DNA from: Candidatus Saccharimonadota bacterium
GTDB lineage: Bacteria; Bacteroidota; Bacteroidia; Flavobacteriales; Blattabacteriaceae
Length of the DNA: 32,000 nt
Direction: 5' to 3'
NCBI RefSeq assembly: GCF_014251775.1
Contig: NZ_CP059199.1
Coordinates: 420,001 to 452,000, forward strand
Positions 17,587 to 28,944 of this stretch are shown here, piece by piece. Every line of letters begins with the position of its first letter. The first letter of the stretch is position 1. The translations under genes and the position numbers were made by a program. Under the pieces are notes generated by a model, which searched no databases, had not been told where the DNA came from, and saw nothing but the letters and a program-made list of their open reading frames with translations.

Positions 17587-17931
17587 TTAACTTTTAATTT
17601 TAGCTTTTTTTCCTTTTAAAAATCTTAAATAATATATTCTAGATCTTCTCACTTTTCCAGTTTTATTAATTTCTATTTTTTTTATATTAGGCTGATTTAA
17701 CATAAATATCCGTTCTATACCAATTCCTAAACTTATTTTTCGTATGGTAAATGTCTTTGTTAAACCAATCCCTTGTTTTTTTATTACAATTCCTCTAAAA
17801 GATTGAATTCTTTTTTTTTCTCCTTCTATAATTTCAAAAAATACTGTTATTGTGTATCCTGAATGAAATTTTGGAAATTTATTTTTTACAATAAATTTTT
17901 TTTCTACATATTTGATTATATTTTGCGTCAT
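17587..17931 (-). CDS. rplS: 50S ribosomal protein L19
   Basis: 114 aa. L19 blocks (FHSGYTITVFFEI.EG.K.RIQSFRGIVIKKQG.GL..TFTIRKIS.GIGIERIF...P). Confidence 0.96.
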   Translation of the reverse strand: MTQNIIKYVEKKFIVKNKFPKFHSGYTITVFFEIIEGEKKRIQSFRGIVIKKQGIGLTKTFTIRKISLGIGIERIFMLNQPNIKKIEINKTGKVRRSRIYYLRFLKGKKAKIKS

Positions 17932-17935
17932 AATG

Positions 17936-19330
17936 TTAATATTTTTTATTTTTTATTTCATTTAGAACTTCTTTAACTAAATCATTAGCTCTCTTTTTTG
18001 ACAAAGGACTTTCCGTATATATTCTTATAATATTTTCAGTATTAGAATTTCTTATATGTATCCATTCATCATTTAATAAATGAATTTTTATTCCATCTCT
18101 AAAATCCATTTTTTGATTTTTATATTTACTCTTTATTTTTTTTAAAATTTCTGAATAATTATAATTCGGTGATAATTGAATTCTTTTTTTAGACATAAAA
18201 AAAATAGGATATTTTTTTTTTAATTTAGATAAAGAAATATTTTTCATACTAGATAAATTAGTTAAGAATAAAGCAATTGCAACTAATGCATCTCTTCCAT
18301 AACGGATTTTTGGATAAATTATTCCACCATTTCCTTCACCTCCAATAATTGCATTTACACTTTTCATTTTTTTTACAACATTTACTTCTCCTACTGAAGT
18401 AGTAAAAAATGAAATCCCTTTTTTTATACAAATTTTTTTCAAAACATGGGAAGAAGATAATGTAGTAACTACTGGACCAGATTCGTTTTTTAATATAAAA
18501 TCTGCAATAGATATTAAGGTATATTCTTCTCCAAAAAATTCTCCGTTTTCACAAACGAATACTACTCTATCTACATCTGGATCTACAGATATACCTAAAT
18601 CAGCTTTTAATTCTGGAACTTTTTTACAAATTAATTTTAAATTTTTTTTTATTGGTTCTGGATCATGTGCAAAATCACCATTAGGATTGCAATTCATCTT
18701 AACAACATTAATTCCTAAACTTTTTAATAAAATAGGAACTGCTATACCACCAGTAGAATTTATTCCATCAACTACTATTTTTAAATTACATTTTTTTATA
18801 AAATTTTTATTAATGATCGGTAAAGATAATATTTTATCTATATGATTTTGAATATAATTTTTTTTTTGATAAAAATGTCCTAACTTTTTGTAAGTTGCAA
18901 AACGAAAATTTTTTTTATCTACAATTTTAGATAATTCTATAAATTCATTTTCAGATAAAAATTCTCCCATAGAATTAAATAATTTTATTCCATTCCAATT
19001 CTTTGGATTATGACTGGCAGTTATCATAATACCTCCATCTGCTTTTTCATTAATTATAGATATACCTACGGTTGGAGTTGTGGATAATCCAATGCTCATG
19101 ATGTTCCCACCTAAACTTCGAATGGTTATTATTACTAATTTTTGAAATAATTTTGATGTTAAACGACCATCTCTTCCTATTACTAATAAATAATTTTTTT
19201 TTTTATTTTTCTTTTTTATCCAATAAAAATATCCAGAAGAAAAATTTATTATTTCCATAGGAGAAAAACTATTATCAATTTTTCCACCTATAGTTCCTCT
19301 AATCCCAGATAAAGATTTTATAATTGTCAA
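17936..19330 (-). CDS. glmM: phosphoglucosamine mutase / phosphohexomutase family
   Basis: 464 aa. N-terminal SGIRG, active-site serine loop ITASHNPKNWNGIK, metal-binding DPDVDR, sugar-binding GGEGNGG. The exact substrate is inferred from family and context. Confidence 0.85.
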   Translation of the reverse strand: MTIIKSLSGIRGTIGGKIDNSFSPMEIINFSSGYFYWIKKKNKKKNYLLVIGRDGRLTSKLFQKLVIITIRSLGGNIMSIGLSTTPTVGISIINEKADGGIMITASHNPKNWNGIKLFNSMGEFLSENEFIELSKIVDKKNFRFATYKKLGHFYQKKNYIQNHIDKILSLPIINKNFIKKCNLKIVVDGINSTGGIAVPILLKSLGINVVKMNCNPNGDFAHDPEPIKKNLKLICKKVPELKADLGISVDPDVDRVVFVCENGEFFGEEYTLISIADFILKNESGPVVTTLSSSHVLKKICIKKGISFFTTSVGEVNVVKKMKSVNAIIGGEGNGGIIYPKIRYGRDALVAIALFLTNLSSMKNISLSKLKKKYPIFFMSKKRIQLSPNYNYSEILKKIKSKYKNQKMDFRDGIKIHLLNDEWIHIRNSNTENIIRIYTESPLSKKRANDLVKEVLNEIKNKKY

Positions 19331-19388
19331 ATAATAACAGATTTTTTATAATACAAAAATACAGAATAATATTTTTAATCAATTAAAA

Positions 19389-20894
19389 TTATTCATTTTC
19401 TTCATCAAGAAAAATAGATGAAAATAATGTATTATTATCTCCGTTTTTATTAATTTTATTATTTAATCTATTATTTTCATAATCAATTACATTTTTTTTA
19501 TAATCTTCTTCCCAATCTAAAGGAACCGGGTTAGTTTCTTTAAAATTTTCAAATCTTGATTGATCAGCTATAAATTGCAATCTGAATTTATTTAAACTTC
19601 CATTTCTATGTTTAGATATAATTACTTCTGCTTGTCCATTACACGATTCATTATGATAATCACTATCCCATATTTTGAATCCATAATATTCTGGTCTATA
19701 AATAAATATTACAATATCAGCATCTTGTTCAATGGCTCCAGATTCTCGTAAATCTGATAATAAAGGTCTTTTATTTCCACCTCTATTTTCTACTGCTCTA
19801 GATAACTGAGATAATACAATAATAGGAATATCCAATTCTTTAGCTATTGATTTTAAATTTCTAGAAATTATGGATATTTCTTGTTCTCTATTTTGTGATC
19901 TATAAGTATGATGATTTCTCATTAATTGCATATAATCAATTAATATTAATTTTACTTTCTTTTTAGAAATTAGATTTCTACATTTTGCACGTAAATCAAA
20001 TATGGATAAAGATGGGGTGTCATTTATATATAAAGGAGATCTTTTTATTTTTTCAGATTTTTCTATTAAACATTCCCAATCGGATCTTGATAAATTTGCT
20101 TTTCTAATTTTTTCCGAAGATATTTTAGTTTCTGATGAAATTAATTTCGTAATTAATTGTACTGGAGACATTTCCAAAGAAAATATAGCTATAGGAATAT
20201 TCTTTTTTAAAGAAATATTAGCCACCATAGATAACATAAAAGTGGTTTTTCCCATTCCTGGTCTAGATGCAATTACAATTAAATCAGAATTCTGCCAACC
20301 AGAAGTAATACTATCTAACTTATGAAAACCAGATGGAACACCACTTAATCCTTTATTTTTAGTTGTTCTAATTTTTTCAATAACTCTATTTACTAAATCT
20401 TCGGTAGATTCATATTTTTTTTTCATTAGATATTTTTGATTTATTTCGAAAATTTTATTTTCTGCATAATTTAATAAATCAAAAATATCCGTATTATGTT
20501 CATAACATTTTTTTATAAGATCAGAAGATATTTTAATTAATTCTCTTAATAAAAATTTTTGCAAAACAATTTTACCGTGATATTCTATATGAGCTGAAGA
20601 AATAACTTTTTGTGTTAATTCTATTAAATATAATTCACCGCCTATCAAATCTAATTTTCCTTCTTTACGTAATTCATTAGATACAGTATATAAATCTATT
20701 GGATTAGAATTATTATACAAATTACGTATAGCAGTATATATATATTGATGCTCTTTTTTATAAAAAATTTCAGGAAAAATTATACTAATAACTTCATCTA
20801 ATCCTTTTTTATCGATCATAATCGATCCAATTATAAATTCTTCTATATCAACTGCTTGAGGTGGTACTTTACCTAAAATTTCATTATTTATCAT
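19389..20894 (-). CDS. dnaB: replicative DNA helicase DnaB
   Basis: 501 aa. N-terminal PPQAVDIEEFIIGSIM, Walker A ASRPGMGKTTF, IDYMQLM, SQLSRAVE, LRESGAIEQDADIV. Confidence 0.97.
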   Translation of the reverse strand: MINNEILGKVPPQAVDIEEFIIGSIMIDKKGLDEVISIIFPEIFYKKEHQYIYTAIRNLYNNSNPIDLYTVSNELRKEGKLDLIGGELYLIELTQKVISSAHIEYHGKIVLQKFLLRELIKISSDLIKKCYEHNTDIFDLLNYAENKIFEINQKYLMKKKYESTEDLVNRVIEKIRTTKNKGLSGVPSGFHKLDSITSGWQNSDLIVIASRPGMGKTTFMLSMVANISLKKNIPIAIFSLEMSPVQLITKLISSETKISSEKIRKANLSRSDWECLIEKSEKIKRSPLYINDTPSLSIFDLRAKCRNLISKKKVKLILIDYMQLMRNHHTYRSQNREQEISIISRNLKSIAKELDIPIIVLSQLSRAVENRGGNKRPLLSDLRESGAIEQDADIVIFIYRPEYYGFKIWDSDYHNESCNGQAEVIISKHRNGSLNKFRLQFIADQSRFENFKETNPVPLDWEEDYKKNVIDYENNRLNNKINKNGDNNTLFSSIFLDEENE

Positions 20895-20924
20895 TTTATA
20901 AAATTTTAAAATTATATATTTTTA

Positions 20925-21881
20925 TTAATCGTCAAAAATGCCCATTGAAATATATTTATTTTTTCTTAATCTGATAATAGAATCTATATCAATTTTTGAT
21001 AATTCTCTATAATATTTCATTATTTTTCTTTTAACTAACTTAAAAGTTTTTTTAGGATGAAAATGAGCCCCTCCCAAGGGTTCTTTTATTATATCATCTA
21101 TAAAATTAAATTTATGAATTTCGTATGCAGTCAATTTTAATGCTTTCGCAGTTTCTTCTTTTTTTTTCCAATTTCCCCATAATATTGTAGAACAACTTTC
21201 GGGTGAAATTACAGAAAACCATGAATTTTCCATCATAGAAACTTTATCTCCTATTCCTATCCCTAATGCTCCACCACTAGCACCTTCACCAATAATTAAA
21301 ACTATAACAGGAACTTTTAAACACATCATTTCATAAATATTTTTTCCAATTGCCTCACCTTGACCTCTTTCTTCAGCTTCCAATCCTGGAAATGCTCCTG
21401 GAGTATCAATAAATGTAATAATTGGTTTTCTAAATTTTTCCGCTAATTTCATTAAACGTAAGGCTTTTCTATACCCTTCTGGATTTGGCATTCCAAATCT
21501 TCTATATTTTCTATCTTTAATATTTCTTCCTTTTTGAGTTCCTATCATCATAAAAGTAATATCATCTATTATTCCAAATCCACCTATAATTGCTTTATCA
21601 TCTCCAAAACATCTATCTCCATGTAATTCTATAAACGAATTTTTCTTTGTTATGAATTTTATATAATCTAAAGTGTATGGTCTATTTGGGTGTCTAGATA
21701 ATTGAACTCTTTGCCACGGCGTTAAATTACTATGTACTTTTTTAATAATCTTTTCTAATTTAGATTGTAATTGTACACAGATATTTTTCATATTTATTCC
21801 ACTTTTTTTTTCTATAAGAAGACAATTAAAATATTGATCTTGAATATCTTGTATTGGTTTTTCGAAATCTAAATATTCCAT
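20925..21881 (-). CDS. accA: acetyl-CoA carboxylase carboxyltransferase alpha subunit
   Basis: 318 aa. Conserved [43 protein letters not shown]. Confidence 0.95.
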   Translation of the reverse strand: MEYLDFEKPIQDIQDQYFNCLLIEKKSGINMKNICVQLQSKLEKIIKKVHSNLTPWQRVQLSRHPNRPYTLDYIKFITKKNSFIELHGDRCFGDDKAIIGGFGIIDDITFMMIGTQKGRNIKDRKYRRFGMPNPEGYRKALRLMKLAEKFRKPIITFIDTPGAFPGLEAEERGQGEAIGKNIYEMMCLKVPVIVLIIGEGASGGALGIGIGDKVSMMENSWFSVISPESCSTILWGNWKKKEETAKALKLTAYEIHKFNFIDDIIKEPLGGAHFHPKKTFKLVKRKIMKYYRELSKIDIDSIIRLRKNKYISMGIFDD

Positions 21882-21909
21882 AATTAAATATAATTAATTA
21901 ATTATTTAT

Positions 21910-22665
21910 TCAAATAAGTAACCGTATATATTCTTTATTTAATAAAGAAATATATTCTGTTGATATTCCTTTTGGACATTCTATTTCACAAGCCTTAGTA
22001 TTGCTACAAGTTCCAAATCCTTCTTCATCCATTTTACTAATCATATTTTTAATTCTTTTATTTTTTTCTAATTTTCCTTGAGGTAATATAGAAAGATGTG
22101 CAATTTTTGCTGAAACAAATAACATAGCAGATCCATTTTTACAAGCTGCTACACATGCTCCACAACCAATACAAGTTGCTGCATCAAAAGATTCTTCTGC
22201 TTTTTCTTTTGAAATAAGAATATTATTTCCATCTACTGTATTTCCAAAAGTATTTACAGAAATATATCCTCCAGAAATAATAATTCTATCTAAAGAAGAA
22301 CGATCTACAATAAGATCCCTTATAATAGGAAAAGTTTTTACTCTCCAAGGTTCTATATATATAGTTTCTCCATTTTTAAAATTTCGCATATGTAATTGAC
22401 AAGTGGTAGTTAATTCATCTGGACCATGAGCTCGTCCATTTATATATAAAGAACACATTCCACAGATTCCTTCTCTACAATCATGATCAAATGATATAGG
22501 AAATTCTTTTTTGGAAGAAATAATTTGATTATTTAATATATCTAACATTTCTAAAAATGAACTATTAGGAGATATGTTATAAACTTTATATCTTTTAAAA
22601 TAGCCTTTTTCTTCGTTATTTTTTTGCCTCCAAATTTTTAAATTAAATTCCAATAAATTTTCCAT
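21910..22665 (-). CDS. sdhB: succinate dehydrogenase/fumarate reductase iron-sulfur subunit
   Basis: 251 aa. 2Fe-2S cluster motif CREGICGMC, and 4Fe-4S/3Fe-4S motifs CIGCGACVAAC and C...CEIECPK. Follows sdhA. Confidence 0.95.
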   Translation of the reverse strand: MENLLEFNLKIWRQKNNEEKGYFKRYKVYNISPNSSFLEMLDILNNQIISSKKEFPISFDHDCREGICGMCSLYINGRAHGPDELTTTCQLHMRNFKNGETIYIEPWRVKTFPIIRDLIVDRSSLDRIIISGGYISVNTFGNTVDGNNILISKEKAEESFDAATCIGCGACVAACKNGSAMLFVSAKIAHLSILPQGKLEKNKRIKNMISKMDEEGFGTCSNTKACEIECPKGISTEYISLLNKEYIRLLI

Positions 22666-22682
22666 ACTATAATATTGTTATT

Positions 22683-24725
22683 TTATTTATAAGAACGATC
22701 CTCAATTTTAATTGAATCAAATTTCAAATCTTCTTTATGCATAACTTCTTTACTAATTGGTTTATTTTTTATGTATTCCCATACAGAAACATATTGATAA
22801 TTTGAATCATCACGTAAAGCTTCTCCATCTTTGGTTTGATATTCTTCTCTAAAATGACTTCCGCAAGATTCGTTACGATTCAAAGCATCCATTGCCATTA
22901 ATTCACCTAATTCTAAAAAATCAGATACACGAATAGCTTTTTCTAATTCAGAATTTAATCCATCTTCTATTTTTCCAGGAATAAAAACATTATTCCAAAA
23001 TTCATATCTAATTTCTTGTATTCTTTTTATAGATTCTATTAATCCATTATAATTTCTAGTCATTCCAACATATTCCCACATAATTTTTCCTAATTTTTTA
23101 TGAAAAAAATCTACTGATTTTTCTCCTTTTTTTTGAAAAAGTTTTTTAATTTTATTTTTTACTATTTTTTCTGAATTTAAAAATTCTTTATGTTGTATTA
23201 TATATTTTATATCATTATTATTAACGTTAACATATTTAGATAAATAATCTGCTATAGTATAGGGAAGAATAAAATAACCATCTGCTAATCCTTGCATAAG
23301 AGCAGATGCCCCTAATCTATTAGATCCATGATCTGAAAAATTAGCCTCTCCTATTACAAAACAACCCGGAATAGTTGACATTAAATTATAATCTACCCAT
23401 ATTCCTCCCATTGTGTAATGAACAGCTGGATAAATTTTCATAGGATTTTCATATGGATTATCATTAGTAATTTTTTCATACATATGAAATAAATTACCAT
23501 ATTTGGATTCTATTGTTTTTTTTCCAAATTTTTTTATTTCCAAAGAATCTATATTAGATAATCCAATTTCATTAGCTTTTTCAATCCCATATCTTCTTAT
23601 AGAAGATTCAAAATCTAAAAAAATTCCTTCTTTAGTATCATTATTTTCTATTCCAAATCCATTATCACAACGTTCTTTAGCTGCTCTAGAAGCTACATCT
23701 CTAGGAACTAAATTCCCAAATGATGGATAACGTCTCTCTAAAAAATAATCTCTTTCATCTTCTTTTAAATCAATAGCTTTTTTTTTCCCATTTCTTATAA
23801 GAACGCTATCTTTTATTTTATTAGGGACCCATATTCTTCCATCATTTCTTAATGATTCAGACATAAGAGTTAATTTAGACTGATAATCTCCATGTATAGG
23901 AATACAAGTAGGATGTATTTGAGTAAAACAAGGATTAGCAAAAAATCCACCTTTTTTATGTACTTGCCATATAGCACTGGCATTTGCACCCATAGCATTA
24001 GTAGATAGAAAAAAAACATTTCCATATCCACCAGTAGCTATTACGACTGCATGTGATGAATATTTCTCTATTTCACCAGTAATCAAATTTCTAGCAATTA
24101 TTCCTCTAGCAAATCCATCTATTACTACTAAATCTAACATTTCATGTCTATTATACAATTTAATTTTTCCTTTTCCAATTTGTCTAGACATTGCTGAATA
24201 ACAAGCTAATAAAAGTTGTTGTCCAGTTTGTCCTTTGGCATAAAATGTTCTAGAAACTTTAGTCCCTCCAAAAGATCTTGTATCTAGATATCCTGCATAG
24301 TCTCTTGCAAAAGGGACCCCCTGAGCAACACATTGATCAATAATATTAGACGATATTTCTGATAAACGATAAACATTAGATTCTCTAGATCTAAAATCTC
24401 CACCTTTTATTGTGTCATGAAAAAGTTGAAAAATAGAATCGTTGTCACCTTTATAATTTTTAGATGCATTTATCCCCCCTTGAGCAGCTACTGAATGGGC
24501 TCTTCTAGATGAATCTTGATAACAAAATGATTTAACTTTATATCCTAATTCGGATAATGTAGCTGATGCTGCCCCTCCTGCTAATCCAGTTCCAACAACA
24601 ATAATTTCTATATTTTTTCTATTATTAGGAGCAACCATATTCAACGAATATTTGTGATTTTTCCACTTATCGGATAATTTTCCACTAGGAACTTTTGACG
24701 TTAATTTGAATAAATTTTGATTCAT
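22683..24725 (-). CDS. sdhA: succinate dehydrogenase/fumarate reductase flavoprotein subunit
   Basis: 680 aa. FAD-binding [11 protein letters not shown], covalent-FAD region [39 protein letters not shown]-like block. Confidence 0.96.
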   Translation of the reverse strand: MNQNLFKLTSKVPSGKLSDKWKNHKYSLNMVAPNNRKNIEIIVVGTGLAGGAASATLSELGYKVKSFCYQDSSRRAHSVAAQGGINASKNYKGDNDSIFQLFHDTIKGGDFRSRESNVYRLSEISSNIIDQCVAQGVPFARDYAGYLDTRSFGGTKVSRTFYAKGQTGQQLLLACYSAMSRQIGKGKIKLYNRHEMLDLVVIDGFARGIIARNLITGEIEKYSSHAVVIATGGYGNVFFLSTNAMGANASAIWQVHKKGGFFANPCFTQIHPTCIPIHGDYQSKLTLMSESLRNDGRIWVPNKIKDSVLIRNGKKKAIDLKEDERDYFLERRYPSFGNLVPRDVASRAAKERCDNGFGIENNDTKEGIFLDFESSIRRYGIEKANEIGLSNIDSLEIKKFGKKTIESKYGNLFHMYEKITNDNPYENPMKIYPAVHYTMGGIWVDYNLMSTIPGCFVIGEANFSDHGSNRLGASALMQGLADGYFILPYTIADYLSKYVNVNNNDIKYIIQHKEFLNSEKIVKNKIKKLFQKKGEKSVDFFHKKLGKIMWEYVGMTRNYNGLIESIKRIQEIRYEFWNNVFIPGKIEDGLNSELEKAIRVSDFLELGELMAMDALNRNESCGSHFREEYQTKDGEALRDDSNYQYVSVWEYIKNKPISKEVMHKEDLKFDSIKIEDRSYK

Positions 24726-24753
24726 ATTATATTTATATTAAAAAATTAATTTT

Positions 24754-25404
24754 TTAATTGAAAAAAAACCAAATAGCAATAATAGAAAATCCAATAGAAA
24801 TAAACCAAAAATAAAAACAACCAAATTTTTTAATCCAAATAAAATTTTTTTTATTAGCTATACCTAATGAATAAAAAGACGATTGAAATCCGTGATTTAA
24901 ATGAATTCCTAACATTATAAAAGAAAAAACATATATAAAAGTATAATAAGGATTTTTAAATAATGAAATAACTATTTTATAGTCTGAAATTTTATTAGAA
25001 GAATATTTCATGGGAATTGAAAAATTTATTAAATGAAGAATTAAAAAACATAATATTAATATTCCACTAATTATCATTGTTCTACTACTAAACGATGTAA
25101 TAGGAGTGGATTTATTTAAAGAATATTCTACATCACCTCTAATATTTTTATTTTTTAAAAAAATATTAATTCCTAAAAAAATATGAGTAATAAAACCGAT
25201 AGCTAAAATATATTCCATTATATGGATAAAAATATTATTCCTCATGAAAAATACTGCTTCATTAAAAGTTTTTTCTCCATAAAAAAGAGATAAATTAATA
25301 CTTAAATGTAATAGTAAAAAAATCATAAGAAAAACACCAGTAGAAGCCATGATTATTTTTTTACCAATAGAAGATTTAAAAAATATTGAATAAAACATGT
25401 TCAC
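24754..25404 (-). CDS. sdhC: succinate dehydrogenase/fumarate reductase cytochrome b membrane subunit
   Basis: 216-aa polytopic membrane protein with conserved His residues in TM helices (LLHLSINL, ITHIF, LHLINF, GIHLNHG). Lies directly upstream of sdhA. A single-anchor architecture is typical of Bacteroidota. Confidence 0.8.
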   Translation of the reverse strand: MNMFYSIFFKSSIGKKIIMASTGVFLMIFLLLHLSINLSLFYGEKTFNEAVFFMRNNIFIHIMEYILAIGFITHIFLGINIFLKNKNIRGDVEYSLNKSTPITSFSSRTMIISGILILCFLILHLINFSIPMKYSSNKISDYKIVISLFKNPYYTFIYVFSFIMLGIHLNHGFQSSFYSLGIANKKNFIWIKKFGCFYFWFISIGFSIIAIWFFFN

Positions 25405-25406
25405 TA

Positions 25407-26573
25407 TTAAATAATTTTTGTTACTTTTTGTAGAGATTCTATTAACAAATCTATATCTTTTTTTTTATTAAAAATTCCAAAAGAAACTCTTACTGGCATC
25501 ATTTTTTTTAACAACGATTTATCTACAATAGATTGAATAACATGAGATATTTCATTATTTGAACTATCACAAGAACTACCTTTAGATATAGAAATTCCCA
25601 TTAAATCTAATTGAAAATAAAATAAATAATCCACTTTTTTTATAGGATATAAAAAATTTAATATCGAAGGAATACTTTTTTCAAAGTTACTGGATAATCC
25701 ATTAAAAATTATATCAGGAATAATTTCTTTTAATTTTAAAATACAGTAAGATTTTAATTCTAAAATTTTTTTTATATGATCGGAAAAATTATTAGAAGAT
25801 AATTCTAAAGCTTTTGATAATCCAGCTATTCCAGATACATTTTCTGTTCCAGGACGAATTCCATATTCTCTACAATTATTTATTAAATAAAATTTTATAT
25901 TTTTTAATATATTTTCTCTAATAAAAATAAATCCTACACCTTTTGGTCCATAAAATTTATGAGCGCTAGCCGTAACAAAATCAATTTGTAATTGTTTCAT
26001 ATCAATAGGAAAATTACCTATAAATTGAATTGTATCTGAATGAAAATAAGCATTATATTTTTTACATAAAAAAATTACATTATTTAAATCTAATAATAAA
26101 TTACCAATTTCATTATTAGCATACATTAAACTAACAAGAATTTTCTTAGAAGAACATTTTTTTAAATGTTCTTCTAAATGATTTAAGTCAAGTGTCCCAT
26201 TACTATCAAAATTAACAAAACTTGTAGATATATTTTGTTTTTTAGATAAAGAATAAATTGTTTGTAAAACTGAAGAATGTTCTAATTTGGAAGTTATAAA
26301 ATGTTTTACATCTAAATTATTAATAGATAATTGTATTACTAAATTATTTGACTCAGTCCCTCCAGAAGTAAATAAAATTTCATAAGAAGATGAATTAATA
26401 TTATTAGCTATAATAATCCTAGATTCTTCTATAATAGAACGAACAGATCTTCCATAACTATGTTGTAAAGAAGAAGGATTCCCAAATGTATATTTTAATA
26501 CATTTGTCATAGTTTTTAATACTTCCTTTCTCAAAGGAGTACTAGAGGCATTATCTAAATATGCACGTCTCAT
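25407..26573 (-). CDS. cysteine desulfurase (class V aminotransferase, NifS/IscS-like)
   Basis: 388 aa. YLDNASSTP, FTSGGTESNN, PLP-lysine block SAHKFYGPKGVG, catalytic-Cys loop SKGSSCDS. The stop of this gene is 2 nt from the sdhC start. Confidence 0.9.
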   Translation of the reverse strand: MRRAYLDNASSTPLRKEVLKTMTNVLKYTFGNPSSLQHSYGRSVRSIIEESRIIIANNINSSSYEILFTSGGTESNNLVIQLSINNLDVKHFITSKLEHSSVLQTIYSLSKKQNISTSFVNFDSNGTLDLNHLEEHLKKCSSKKILVSLMYANNEIGNLLLDLNNVIFLCKKYNAYFHSDTIQFIGNFPIDMKQLQIDFVTASAHKFYGPKGVGFIFIRENILKNIKFYLINNCREYGIRPGTENVSGIAGLSKALELSSNNFSDHIKKILELKSYCILKLKEIIPDIIFNGLSSNFEKSIPSILNFLYPIKKVDYLFYFQLDLMGISISKGSSCDSSNNEISHVIQSIVDKSLLKKMMPVRVSFGIFNKKKDIDLLIESLQKVTKII

Positions 26574-26603
26574 TATTATATTTTATTTTTTTATATACAT
26601 AAA

Positions 26604-26627
26604 TATAAAGTATAGTATAAAGTATAA
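26604..26627. repeat. tandem 12-mer (TATAAAGTATAG / TATAAAGTATAA) in a divergent intergenic spacer
   Basis: Two adjacent copies, 11/12 identical, 31 nt upstream of the cysteine desulfurase start codon (26573, minus strand). The significance is unknown, and AT-rich DNA produces such repeats easily. Confidence 0.35.
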
Positions 26628-26788
26628 AAAAATAAAATTCATATTTCATTAATATTTATATAGAATCTTAATAAATAAATTATATTAAAAATTTTTTATA
26701 GTTAACAAATTTTACTTTATAATATTAATTTTTTTTATAAATTCTATTAATTTATGAAATTTAATTTAAATAATTATCATATTATATT

Positions 26789-28216
26789 ATGAATGATTTG
26801 TTAAAATACGATTTAGTTATTATTGGATCTGGACCAGGTGGATATGTATCTGCTATTCGATCAAGTCAGTTGGGATTAAAAACTGCAATAATTGAAAAAT
26901 ATTCAAAATTAGGTGGAACATGTTTAAACGTAGGATGTATTCCTTCTAAATGTGTCTTAGATACATCTAAATATATTTATTTAGCCAAAAAAAATTTTTA
27001 TTCACATGGTATTTTTTTTGAAAAATTACAATTTGATTTAAACAAAATAATTAATAGAAAAAATAATATAATTGAAAATATAAATAACGGTATAAAATAT
27101 TTAATGAGAAAAAATAAAATAGATATTTATTATGGAATTGGATCTTTTAATACAAAAAATACATTATTAGTTATCGATGATAAATCGATGAAAATAAAAC
27201 AAACAATAAAATTTAAATATTGTATCATATCAACTGGATCTAAACCTTTCAAATTCCCATATATAAAAAAATTTGAAAATAGGATTTTATCCTCTACAGA
27301 AGCATTAAATTTAAAAAATCTTCCAAAGAATTTAATAACAATTGGAGGAGGAATAATTGGATTAGAATTAAGTTCTTTTTTTAGTAGATTAGGAAGTAAA
27401 GTTACTATTATTGATAATATGGATAAAATTATACCAAATATGGATTATTCATTAAGTAATGAAATCAAAAAAATATTTGAAAAATCTTCTATAAGAATAG
27501 AAACTTCTTTATCCGTTAATAGTGTATTATCCAATAATCCAAAGGAAGTTATTGTTTCAACAATTAATAAAAATAATGGAAAAGAACTATTATTTAAAGG
27601 AGATTATTGCTTAATATCCATTGGTAGAATTCCCTATACAGAAGGATTAGGATTGGATAAAATAGGAATAAAAAAAAATGAAAAAGGATTTATAAAGGTT
27701 AATCAATCGTTAAAAAGTACAGTTGATAATATATACGCAATTGGAGATGTTATAGGTGGAAAAATGTTAGCACATAAAGCAGAAGAAGAAGGATTATACG
27801 TATCTGAATATATATCTGGACATAAACCTAATAAATTAAATTATAATTTGATTCCATCAGTCATATATACATACCCAGAGGTAGCTAGTGTTGGGGATAC
27901 AGAAGAAAATATAAAGAATAAAAAATTAGAATACAATAAAGGAATTTTTCCTATGAAAGCATTAGGTAGAGCTCATACAACTGGAAATACAGATGGTTTT
28001 GTAAAAATTATATCTGATAAAAAAACCGATAAAATACTAGGAATACATATCATTAGTGAGCATGCATCAGATATGATTATGGAAGCAGTAGTTGCTATGG
28101 AATTTAGAGCTTCATGTAAAGATATATATAGGATTTGTCATCCACATCCTACTTTTAGTGAATCTTTTAAAGAGGCTTCATTATTAAATTTTGAAAATCG
28201 TGCTATACATATTTAA
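26789..28216 (+). CDS. lpdA: dihydrolipoyl dehydrogenase (E3)
   Basis: 475 aa. FAD site IIGSGPGGY, redox disulfide GGTCLNVGCIPSK, NAD site GGGIIGLE, C-terminal HPHPTFSE interface motif. Confidence 0.95.
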   Translation: MNDLLKYDLVIIGSGPGGYVSAIRSSQLGLKTAIIEKYSKLGGTCLNVGCIPSKCVLDTSKYIYLAKKNFYSHGIFFEKLQFDLNKIINRKNNIIENINNGIKYLMRKNKIDIYYGIGSFNTKNTLLVIDDKSMKIKQTIKFKYCIISTGSKPFKFPYIKKFENRILSSTEALNLKNLPKNLITIGGGIIGLELSSFFSRLGSKVTIIDNMDKIIPNMDYSLSNEIKKIFEKSSIRIETSLSVNSVLSNNPKEVIVSTINKNNGKELLFKGDYCLISIGRIPYTEGLGLDKIGIKKNEKGFIKVNQSLKSTVDNIYAIGDVIGGKMLAHKAEEEGLYVSEYISGHKPNKLNYNLIPSVIYTYPEVASVGDTEENIKNKKLEYNKGIFPMKALGRAHTTGNTDGFVKIISDKKTDKILGIHIISEHASDMIMEAVVAMEFRASCKDIYRICHPHPTFSESFKEASLLNFENRAIHI

Positions 28217-28260
28217 AATTAACTATTTTATTTAATATAAAAATATAAATTTATCACCTA

Positions 28261-28944
28261 TCACCAAATGATAACTGATTTTTTTTTTTCTTTTAAAAAT
28301 TCATTTACCATTAAAAAATGCTTACATCCAATAAAACCTAAATTAGCAGAAAATGGAGATGGGTGTGTTGTTTTCAAAACAAAATGATTTTTGATATTTT
28401 TAATGAAATTTTCTTTATTTTTAGCATATTTTCCCCACAATAAAAAAACGATGTTTTTTTTTCTTATAGATATATTGTATATAATTTGATCTGTAAAAAT
28501 TTCCCAACCCAAATTTTTATGAGACCCAGGACTACCTTTTCTAACTGTTAATATAGAATTAAGTAATAAAACACCTTGTTTTGCCCAATTTACTAATGAT
28601 CCACTTTTTGGTAATTGATAATCTTTAAAACAATTTTTAATTTCTCTAAAAATATTTTTCAAAGATGGAGGAAATGGGGTTCCATTTAAAACAGAAAAAG
28701 CCAGTCCATCGGCTTGATTATAATTATGATAAGGATCTTGACCTAATAAAACTACTTTTATTTTTTGAAAAGAACAATATTTCATAAAAGAAAAAATATT
28801 ATTCATTTTTGGAAAACAAGTAAATATTTTATATTCTTTTTTGACAAATTTTATTAAATCTACAAAATATTTTTTATTCGATTGTTCATTAATTAATTGA
28901 ATCCAATTATATTCAGTTTTATAATTTTTTTCTTTTTTATCCAT
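28261..28944 (-). CDS. ung: uracil-DNA glycosylase (family 1)
   Basis: 227 aa. Catalytic LLGQDPYH, GVLLLN, and HPSPFSA leucine-loop region. The start overlaps the ferredoxin stop by 8 nt. Confidence 0.95.
   Translation of the reverse strand: MDKKEKNYKTEYNWIQLINEQSNKKYFVDLIKFVKKEYKIFTCFPKMNNIFSFMKYCSFQKIKVVLLGQDPYHNYNQADGLAFSVLNGTPFPPSLKNIFREIKNCFKDYQLPKSGSLVNWAKQGVLLLNSILTVRKGSPGSHKNLGWEIFTDQIIYNISIRKKNIVFLLWGKYAKNKENFIKNIKNHFVLKTTHPSPFSANLGFIGCKHFLMVNEFLKEKKKSVIIW

Noticed and set aside
26754-26792. 12-codon upstream ORF (MKFNLNNYHIIL*) whose TGA overlaps the lpdA ATG in an ATGA arrangement.
   Set aside because: Short ATG...stop runs are abundant by chance in this composition, and there is no leader-peptide logic or associated RNA structure visible.
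28217-28260. Short AT-only palindrome (ATAAATTTAT) in the convergent lpdA/ung spacer, considered as a possible terminator.
   Set aside because: It is a 5-bp all-A/T stem with no loop and no flanking U-tract of note, so it is indistinguishable from background.
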